Source: Nitrospira sp. (lineage in GTDB: Bacteria > Nitrospirota > Nitrospiria > Nitrospirales > Nitrospiraceae). Taken from it: a stretch of DNA of 64,000 nt. The stretch is taken from NCBI GenBank assembly GCA_047150005.1, contig AP038806.1, forward strand, positions 576,001-640,000, written 5' to 3'. The notes beneath the pieces were generated by a model, which was given only the letters and a program-made list of their open reading frames with translations, was not told where the DNA came from and did no database searches. Made by a program: the position numbers and the translations under genes. This document shows positions 49,539 through 56,713 of this stretch, one piece after another (positions within the stretch are counted from its first letter, which is position 1; each line of letters opens with the position of its first letter).

Positions 49539-51317
49539 CTACGAACGCGCGACCGCCGCCCGCTCTGTTTCCGATTTGGCCCGCGCGATATACAGGAGAC
49601 CATCCGCCATCGAGTAGTTGAACGGCAACTCGCATACGACTTCACTGACTTTTTCGTACACGTGCTGATAGAGTCGCTCCGCTTGGTCCGGGGTCATGCC
49701 TTCCTGTACCTCGTAGAAGAATCCCAGACTCAGGTCTTCCGCGGACGGCCGCATGATCCGTCGAATGCCGTATCCGCCGGGATCGCTCATGATGGGAGCT
49801 TCCTTCTCAAGGTCGAAGAGACAAGGTTGGCACGAGAACCCGTAGGAGTCGTGCAACTTCTTGTTGTCGACGATGAAGTTCATCGTCTCCAACGCTTCCT
49901 CCTCCTTCTCGGTCGGGAAGCCCACGATGATATAACAATGAACGGCGATGCCGAGATCCACGCAGTCGTCCGTGATACGCCGGACCCATTCCTGCTGGAT
50001 GCCTTTCTTCATGAAATCCATGATCCGCTGATTGAATGACTCCAATCCGAAGACGATCTTCAGACAGCCGGCATCCCGCATGGACGTCAAGAGCTCACGC
50101 GAGAGATGTTTTTCAAATCTCATTTCACACGTCCACTTGATCTCCAACCGTCGGTCGATCATCTGTTGGCACAGCCGTTTGGTCGGAGATAGGGCGAAGC
50201 ATTCATCGGTAAAAAAGAAGTGCCGGACTCCATAGCGTTGCTTGAGCCACTCCAACTCCTCGATCGTCCTGCCCGGATCCTTTTGGCGGAAGTTCTGGTG
50301 ATCGAGCGTGAGCGCGCAAAAGGCGCAATCTTTGTAGTAGCAGCCCCGTGAAAACTGGACGGGCAACACCGGCTCGGGCGACAGATATCGGCCGAGGGGA
50401 AACCCGTCGTAATTGGGAGCCGGCAGCTGATTGACGTTTTCGGAATAGAACGGCTGATTGACGATGATCCTGTCGTTCTGACGATAGATCAGGTTGGGTA
50501 CCTTGCTGAAATCCTTCTTCCCGGCCATTTGATTGACCAATTCCAGCAGGGCCGTCTCGCCTTCGAAGACGACGATGTCGTCCGCGATCTCGAATAGGCT
50601 CGGACAACGGCGCAGATTGTCGACCAGTCGCGTGAAGATGCTCCCCCCGATGGTGACGTGAATGTCGGGAGCCGCCTCCTTGATCAAGCGGCAGAGCGTC
50701 AACCCGGGAATGATCTGCGACGTAGCGGTGATCGACACACCGATGAGATCCGCATGGTCCCCCACAATCGACGGAATGAAACGTTCCCGGAACAGGGGAA
50801 TATACGGGTTCTGCTGCTCGTCACGGATGACCTTCATCAGGTCCTTTGATGAGTAAATGGAATAGGTGCTGAATTGGTTGTCCACGACGGTGAGTCTGGT
50901 CGGAAAATACAGGGTGGAGAGCACCTCCAGCCACTTGTCGATCAGAAACAGGCTCTCTCGGTACTCCTCCATGTCATAGAAACCTTCGCTGCGCAGGGTC
51001 GCTTTCGCCGGCTCGATACGATCGACGAGGTACGGAAAGCGATCGAGCGATTCCACGACCCTCGCCAGATGTTCCGCGCTGCCGGGCCCCATCTCTCCCT
51101 GGTGCTCCCGCTCAAGCGCGTTTTTCTTATCGATCAGGCCTTGATAGAGTTCCACGCCATAGGCCTGCGTCACGATGTCATCGAGCAGCTCGATCCCGAG
51201 GTCGCGCTGCGAGACATTCGGCACACCGGCTTGGGTCAGAAACCCGGTGAGTGAAGGGAGACTCAAATACGGTTGGGACGGATGCCAGGTCGGAGGGAAA
51301 AGCAAAGAGACTTTCAT
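49539..51317 (-). CDS. Cobalamin-binding radical SAM protein
   Basis: N-terminal LLFPP...PYLSL, B12-binding domain (LIGVS...IGG...FEGE) and cluster motif RGCYYKDCAFC, then FGLES and IIVGFPTE. Confidence 0.92.
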   Translation of the reverse strand: MKVSLLFPPTWHPSQPYLSLPSLTGFLTQAGVPNVSQRDLGIELLDDIVTQAYGVELYQGLIDKKNALEREHQGEMGPGSAEHLARVVESLDRFPYLVDRIEPAKATLRSEGFYDMEEYRESLFLIDKWLEVLSTLYFPTRLTVVDNQFSTYSIYSSKDLMKVIRDEQQNPYIPLFRERFIPSIVGDHADLIGVSITATSQIIPGLTLCRLIKEAAPDIHVTIGGSIFTRLVDNLRRCPSLFEIADDIVVFEGETALLELVNQMAGKKDFSKVPNLIYRQNDRIIVNQPFYSENVNQLPAPNYDGFPLGRYLSPEPVLPVQFSRGCYYKDCAFCALTLDHQNFRQKDPGRTIEELEWLKQRYGVRHFFFTDECFALSPTKRLCQQMIDRRLEIKWTCEMRFEKHLSRELLTSMRDAGCLKIVFGLESFNQRIMDFMKKGIQQEWVRRITDDCVDLGIAVHCYIIVGFPTEKEEEALETMNFIVDNKKLHDSYGFSCQPCLFDLEKEAPIMSDPGGYGIRRIMRPSAEDLSLGFFYEVQEGMTPDQAERLYQHVYEKVSEVVCELPFNYSMADGLLYIARAKSETERAAVARS

Positions 51318-51473
51318 TGGAAATCTCTACCCGACATATTTGAAAAATAAGACGAATTTAGATTGAAATGATCGTATTTTATACACTCCACCGCCCCCGA
51401 AAAGCAACCCTGGTCATGTCGAAATTCCCGGGTCCGAACCATGTGGGGTCCGGTTCTGGGACCGATCTCGGGA

Positions 51474-51529
51474 AAAGAAAGGCCCCGATTCGGGTCACCG
51501 TGGTGATCCCCGAACCGGGGCCTTTCTTT
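51474..51529 (-). terminator. Long hairpin terminator downstream of the nxrC-like gene
   Basis: AAAGAAAGGCCCCG.TTCGGG...CCCGAA.CGGGGCCTTTCTTT inverted repeat with U-tracts on both strands. Confidence 0.8.
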
Positions 51530-51584
51530 GCTCTCACCGCACGATCAGCCAAACGGCCGAATGCAGTTTCCTTTTAGCGACAAC

Positions 51585-52538
51585 TCACGGAAGCTTCAGC
51601 GTAAACCAGGTAGAGAGCGCCTTCATACCGTTACGCTCGATGTTGTTGCCATCCCACACGGCGAATGCGATAGGAACAGACATACCCGCCTTGAACTGCG
51701 TGTCATTGGCATCACCCGTTTCCAGGGTGCGCTTCACGACGACACGCCAGGTTGGACCACTGTACCCGCCGCCCTTGACGGATCCGGCCGGTTCCCACAC
51801 GCCGTTTCCGATGACATCCTGGTGCGCTTGCGTCGTCAACGTGCTGAATCCGTTGGCGTTCAAATCCTCCACCGAACTCACGCGCAACGTCGGATCCGAC
51901 ATGATGTTGCCCGACCAGATACCGGGATTGAAGGGACCAAGGCTGCGCCCGATCCGGTCCGGATAGGTCACGCCGCCCGCCGGTTCTTCAAAGTAGTAAT
52001 CCCAGAAGATCCCGGGGTATTGATCGTCTACGTCCCAAATACCGGCGCTGTCCTTTCCGAGATCCTTTTGCCACTCCGCGTTCCACCGCCAGATGTTGGT
52101 GGTGCCGCCGGACTGTCCCATACACTGGAACGGCGGCGCGCCCGAGGTATTAACCGGGAACATGATCGCCACCTGGTCGCGGAAGTCCTGCGGACCGATC
52201 GTCGTGTCGTTCTTGGTCTGATCGTTCCACTCAATCCGCAATCCGAGTTCCTTGCCGTTCGACATGGACTTCACAAACACCGACTTGACGGAAATGTTCG
52301 GATGCATCGGCGTCGTGATCAACTGGCCGCTCAACGGTACGATCACACCAGGCACGCTCTCCCACAGCGGGTTCGCACCATCCATTGGGATGGGGCCCTT
52401 CACCGCCTTGGCCGGAATCGTCACCGGTTGGCTGACAGCCAAGGGTACCTGCCCAATCGTCAGCATCACGCCCACGATCAGGGCAGAGAGAAGAATGCCA
52501 AACACCACAGACTTGTTGTGTGTCTGCACTACTCTCAT
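51585..52538 (-). CDS. nxrC: Nitrite oxidoreductase gamma subunit candidate (EbdC-like heme b protein)
   Basis: N-terminal TM/signal, FRDQVA, FQCMGQ, NIWRW and FAVWDG...ERNGMK. Strong GGAGG RBS, directly downstream of the TorD-family chaperone. Confidence 0.8.
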   Translation of the reverse strand: MRVVQTHNKSVVFGILLSALIVGVMLTIGQVPLAVSQPVTIPAKAVKGPIPMDGANPLWESVPGVIVPLSGQLITTPMHPNISVKSVFVKSMSNGKELGLRIEWNDQTKNDTTIGPQDFRDQVAIMFPVNTSGAPPFQCMGQSGGTTNIWRWNAEWQKDLGKDSAGIWDVDDQYPGIFWDYYFEEPAGGVTYPDRIGRSLGPFNPGIWSGNIMSDPTLRVSSVEDLNANGFSTLTTQAHQDVIGNGVWEPAGSVKGGGYSGPTWRVVVKRTLETGDANDTQFKAGMSVPIAFAVWDGNNIERNGMKALSTWFTLKLP

Positions 52539-52630
52539 GGACTATGCCCTCCTCTCAATTAAGTGATTAAAAACTATGACCCAAATGACTCCCGAGAAAC
52601 GAAAAATGACACCGGACATGAATGCGGATA

Positions 52631-53602
52631 TTACGCAGTCCCGACAGGCCCCCCCTCCTCCTTGTTTTTGTTCTTTTCCCCCGGATCCATGAAATCTTGC
52701 GCGCCCGTCTCATTCAATAACAGGCTGAGCTCATTTCCTTGATCTTGTGCACCGCATTCGTACGTCTGCCCTTCCGGAGCGTTGAACGTCGCAGGCCGAT
52801 AATCCGTTTCTGAATAGGGTTGAGGAGTCACACCGAGAAAGGCGGATTCGAAATCCATCCAGTCCGCGGTCATGTCGGCAACCAGCTTAAAGAGCCCGGA
52901 ATCGGCTTTCTTGGCCAGCATCCGGCAAAACAGAGGAACCCACCGGCCGATGTGATTCTTGACGAACTTCTTCTGCGCTTCCACGACGATCTGCGTTTTG
53001 TCCGTTCCATCGTGGCAACGCGAATAGGATTCCTTGTACGCCAGAAAATGCATAAACTCAAACTCAACGCTCAAATGGTCGAGCCGCTCGTGAATATCCT
53101 TCGATAGTTCCACACCGAAGGCTTTGTAAAAGCCTGCGATGTCGCCCATGACGTGGGACTGCGCAAATACGTGGTCATTACCGAAGAGTGTCTCGTAGGG
53201 CGGGCAGTCCAAGGTGATCACATTGCTGAAGACCCGGCGATGCTCCGATTGCAGATCGGTCAGATGCCAATTGACGCATTCGGATACCACGAGCTTTTCC
53301 AACTGATCAAACTGCTTTTTCAGCTCATTCAACTTCTGCCTTGCCCGATCGCCGCCGATGCCGTCAAGCGCCTTCTCCAAGGCTTCGACGGCCGCTCGAC
53401 CATCCTCGACAAATTCGCCGCATTGTACGTAGTCGAGAAATTCGTCGTCTTCCGGGTACAACAGGCTCCAGGATACGAGAAGGTAAATCTTGCTGCGATT
53501 GAGAGCACGTTCGACGGCGGGGGAGTCTTTGATCGGCGTCGGGGTCGAGATGACGGCGGTTCCGGAGGCGGAAACATTTGGTACCGGCTGTTTACTCGTC
53601 AT
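52631..53602 (-). CDS. TorD/DmsD-family molybdoenzyme maturation chaperone
   Basis: CPPYET, DIAGFYKAFG, ERLDHLSVEFEFMHFL (DH motif) and HIGRWVPLF. Confidence 0.92.
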   Translation of the reverse strand: MTSKQPVPNVSASGTAVISTPTPIKDSPAVERALNRSKIYLLVSWSLLYPEDDEFLDYVQCGEFVEDGRAAVEALEKALDGIGGDRARQKLNELKKQFDQLEKLVVSECVNWHLTDLQSEHRRVFSNVITLDCPPYETLFGNDHVFAQSHVMGDIAGFYKAFGVELSKDIHERLDHLSVEFEFMHFLAYKESYSRCHDGTDKTQIVVEAQKKFVKNHIGRWVPLFCRMLAKKADSGLFKLVADMTADWMDFESAFLGVTPQPYSETDYRPATFNAPEGQTYECGAQDQGNELSLLLNETGAQDFMDPGEKNKNKEEGGPVGTA

Positions 53603-53679
53603 ATGAAGATCAGCTCCTCGGTGTGACCTTGTACCGTGGCCTGTATTTTCCGGCATATGCGGTCAAACCTCTGGCACAA

Positions 53680-53716
53680 GCTCGGGTATGATAGGTAATG
53701 GCTCGGGTGATGTCAA
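53680..53716 (-). promoter_or_regulatory. Sigma70 promoter (TTGACA-17-TATCAT) for chaperone-nxrC, with 8-bp direct repeats
   Basis: -35 at 53716-53711, -10 at 53693-53688, and GCTCGGGT at 53680 and 53701. Confidence 0.65.
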
Positions 53717-53820
53717 GCACGTTCTCCCATTCGTTTGGACAAAACTTAACCGACTGAAATACCGAAATTTTCGCACCGGCTCCTTCGGTCGACTTCGCAC
53801 TCCCGTACCCGTACGACAGG

Positions 53821-54417
53821 CTAGCAAGTGCGGGACAGCAGCCTGAACGGCGCCACTCGAATCGCAATATGGTCATTGACCGTTTTACAGACCTGCTCGC
53901 AGAGACCGCATCCGACACACCTCTCCCCTGAAACCAGCAGCCGCTGTCCGTCAAAGTCCATGGACAACGCCTCGGTCGGACATTTCGAGGCACACGCATG
54001 ACAGCCTTGCGCCGCGGTGCATAAACGATGAGCGACGACCGCCATCCCCATTTGCACGTGGTCCCGATCCGGAACCGACACGAGGGCCTCCGTCCCGCAG
54101 GCCGCGATGCAGGGGAGATCCTCGCAGAGGAAACACGGCGTCTGGTCGGGAAAGATGATCGGCGTTCCGTCCTCCTGATGGAAGACGATGGCGCCGTGCG
54201 GACAAGCTTTCGCACAATCGCTGCATTTTGTGCATCGATCCAGGAACAGCGATTCGGCAACCGCTCCCGGCGGGCGCAACCAATCGGTTCTTGGAGCCGC
54301 GGCGGGTTTTTCGGGAAGTACCTCCGCATGCTTGGAGTACTCCCGCGCGGCCTTGGCGACGGACAGCACAGAGTCCTTGAGAAAATCCCGACGACCATAT
54401 TTGGGGTCAGTAGCCAT
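53821..54417 (-). CDS. NapF/NapG/MauM-type 4x[4Fe-4S] ferredoxin
   Basis: GRRDFLK, LRPPGA, and four Cys clusters: CTKCSDCAKACP, CFLCEDLPCIAAC, C....GCHACASKCP, CVGCGLCEQVC. Confidence 0.9.
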   Translation of the reverse strand: MATDPKYGRRDFLKDSVLSVAKAAREYSKHAEVLPEKPAAAPRTDWLRPPGAVAESLFLDRCTKCSDCAKACPHGAIVFHQEDGTPIIFPDQTPCFLCEDLPCIAACGTEALVSVPDRDHVQMGMAVVAHRLCTAAQGCHACASKCPTEALSMDFDGQRLLVSGERCVGCGLCEQVCKTVNDHIAIRVAPFRLLSRTC

Positions 54418-54446
54418 GAGACAGCAGACCGAGGTTCCTTCTTTCT

Positions 54447-55445
54447 TTACAGCACGCCGTCCGCACGGAGCTTGTACACTTCTACGCACCGGTCACAGGC
54501 GCCGAATTCGACGTCCCACCCCGGATGATTTTCCCGGATGAAATCCAGCACGTAGGCTTCCATCTTATTTCCCAGGTCCTCCACCCACGAGTACGTCGGG
54601 AAACGACAGAGCGGGCAAGGGAACCCGGGCATCAACATGACCTTGTTTTCGGTTTCCGGCACTTCCCCGCCTTCGACATCCACTGCACGATCCATTACCC
54701 GCAACGTATCAGTCGCCATTTCGATCAATTCGGAATGGGTGAAGAACCCCGTTTGCCACAAACCTTCGAATACGGATTTCAATTGAGGTGCGGGAATCTT
54801 TCGATACCAGGACCGAAACTCCTTGAAGCGATCCTCCTTCCGAAGCATCGGTTCCTTGCTTGTCGCTACCAGTCGGCTGTCGACGCTCAAGCTCCACAGC
54901 ACGCGGTACCGTTGGAGAATCAACGTTTCCTCTCCGGGGTTCTGACCGACCTTTGTATCGGGATCATAACCGAACTGCGGGCTCAGCATGTCCGAGATGT
55001 GCATCAGCTCATGCCGGCAGTAGCGGGTGAGCGCGGGATCGTAGAACCGACGGGGAATGAGCTTGATGCCGACCCCCTTCAACCCTTTCTCCTCAAACCG
55101 CTTGGCCAATTCGTGTTCGACCGAGCCCCACTTGCGAAGAATGTCGACGCCTTCCTGGTCTTCTTTGAGCACGCCCTTGACTAGGACGATCCCGACCTGA
55201 TCCTTGAGAACCGGGTATTCATCGAAGGCGTCCCTGATGATGTCGGAAAAACCCCACGTCCCGAACAAGTATTGATATAGCTTCTTGAATTCACTCTCGC
55301 GGTCGTCCAGCGTGAACTTCTCGTAGATCGGATCCGCCAGCTCATGGAATTCTTTATAATAGGTGGGATCTCCTTCCCGTTCGGTCTTCTCCACAAAGGA
55401 ATCGATAACTTCCTGCAACAAGGCTGGCTGAAAGCGAAGTTCCAT
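54447..55445 (-). CDS. Conserved hypothetical protein with HExxH motif and C-terminal CxxC...CxxC
   Basis: RHELMH, CPLC and CDRC. First gene of the co-oriented run. Confidence 0.8.
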   Translation of the reverse strand: MELRFQPALLQEVIDSFVEKTEREGDPTYYKEFHELADPIYEKFTLDDRESEFKKLYQYLFGTWGFSDIIRDAFDEYPVLKDQVGIVLVKGVLKEDQEGVDILRKWGSVEHELAKRFEEKGLKGVGIKLIPRRFYDPALTRYCRHELMHISDMLSPQFGYDPDTKVGQNPGEETLILQRYRVLWSLSVDSRLVATSKEPMLRKEDRFKEFRSWYRKIPAPQLKSVFEGLWQTGFFTHSELIEMATDTLRVMDRAVDVEGGEVPETENKVMLMPGFPCPLCRFPTYSWVEDLGNKMEAYVLDFIRENHPGWDVEFGACDRCVEVYKLRADGVL

Positions 55446-55615
55446 GGCGTTCCCCAATCTCGAAATGAGCCTTGACCGCGGCTTGACTTGACGACCGGGC
55501 TTCTCTTACGATCGTCAACGTTGAAAGGGAAATTATACTGACCTAAAACGACGATTTGCAATCGAGCCGGCCGCCGGCCGGCCCACGAACCACCTCATCA
55601 CGATCGGGTATTTTC

Positions 55616-56695
55616 ATGGCTGAACAAAGTCCTGCTTCTACTGTTCCGGCGCCGGCTTCACAGCATCCCAGCATCGACTTCCTGGAATATTGGACCACGG
55701 GAGCCAGAGAGGTGAAAACCTTCCGCGGACACTCGCACGGAATTTGGTCTGTCGCGTTTGCCCCGGATGCGCTCACGTTGGCCAGCGCCGGTGTGGACCG
55801 TCTCGTCCGCATCTGGGACATCGAAACCGGACGGCTCCTTCGTTCCCTCCGCGGCCACACCAACGACATCAGGGCCGTGGCGTTCACGCCGGACGGGCAG
55901 ACCTTGGCGACCGGAAGCGAAGACCGGACGATCAGATTGTGGAACCCCAAGACGGGCGAGCCGCTGAAACTCCTCTTCAGCCGATATGATCACAATGTCT
56001 GCAGTCTTTCCCTGTCACCGGACGGCTTGATGCTGGCGCGCGGCAGCCATAACAAGGACATCAAGATTTGGGAAGTCACGACCGGAACCGAACTGATGAC
56101 CCTGCTGGGTAAGGATCAGTACGATCACCATTGGTCGGTCTGTGTGACCTTTTCTCCCGACGGCATCCACCTGGCCAGCGGAACGGACATCGGCAAGATC
56201 AAGATCTGGGAGGTACTGCCCAGCGGGGAGGAAAAAGTCCTTCATAACGGGCACTGGAAAGAGGACGAAGAAGACTGCACCGAAACGCGGGGATACTTCA
56301 TCGAAGACGATGGTGGATTCCAAAAGCCGATGGACTACTGGATCGGGGCCATGACGTTCACTCCGGACGGCAAATATCTGATCACAGGCAGCCGGGACCA
56401 GACGATCAAGATATTCGGGGTGCCGCAGGCTCTCGAACACCGGACGCTCCGGGGACATACCGGCTGGGTACGAACGCTGGCGGTGACGCCGGACGGCAAG
56501 GTACTCATCAGCGGAGGCGACGACAATACCATCCGATTCTGGGATCTGGCGACCGGTCGTTGCTTCCGAACCATCAAGACGCATACAGGCGGCGTTCGCT
56601 GCGTCGCGCTCTCTCCGGACGGCCTCTCGCTTGCCAGTGCGTCATGGGACCGAACCGTGAAGCTGTGGAGCGGGGGCCCGGAGCCCGCCGAGTAG
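55616..56695 (+). CDS. WD40-repeat protein
   Basis: About seven GH...V.F.PDG..LA(S/T)G..D..(I/V)(R/K)(I/L)W repeats. Confidence 0.93.
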   Translation: MAEQSPASTVPAPASQHPSIDFLEYWTTGAREVKTFRGHSHGIWSVAFAPDALTLASAGVDRLVRIWDIETGRLLRSLRGHTNDIRAVAFTPDGQTLATGSEDRTIRLWNPKTGEPLKLLFSRYDHNVCSLSLSPDGLMLARGSHNKDIKIWEVTTGTELMTLLGKDQYDHHWSVCVTFSPDGIHLASGTDIGKIKIWEVLPSGEEKVLHNGHWKEDEEDCTETRGYFIEDDGGFQKPMDYWIGAMTFTPDGKYLITGSRDQTIKIFGVPQALEHRTLRGHTGWVRTLAVTPDGKVLISGGDDNTIRFWDLATGRCFRTIKTHTGGVRCVALSPDGLSLASASWDRTVKLWSGGPEPAE

Positions 56696-56713
56696 AAAGC
56701 CGACCACCTCGCA

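Noticed and set aside
52560..52625. Three GTCAT motifs in the AT-rich leader of the nxrC-like gene
   Set aside because: Five-base matches with irregular spacing are insufficient to call an operator.
53672..53690. TGGCAC as a possible sigma54 -24 element (also at 41230)
   Set aside because: No GC at the required -12 spacing, and the 53672 site is on the wrong strand for the chaperone gene.
49539..55445. Radical SAM + HExxH protein read as a RiPP biosynthetic cluster
   Set aside because: No precursor peptide, SPASM domain or transporter was seen, and the intervening genes are respiratory-enzyme maturation factors.
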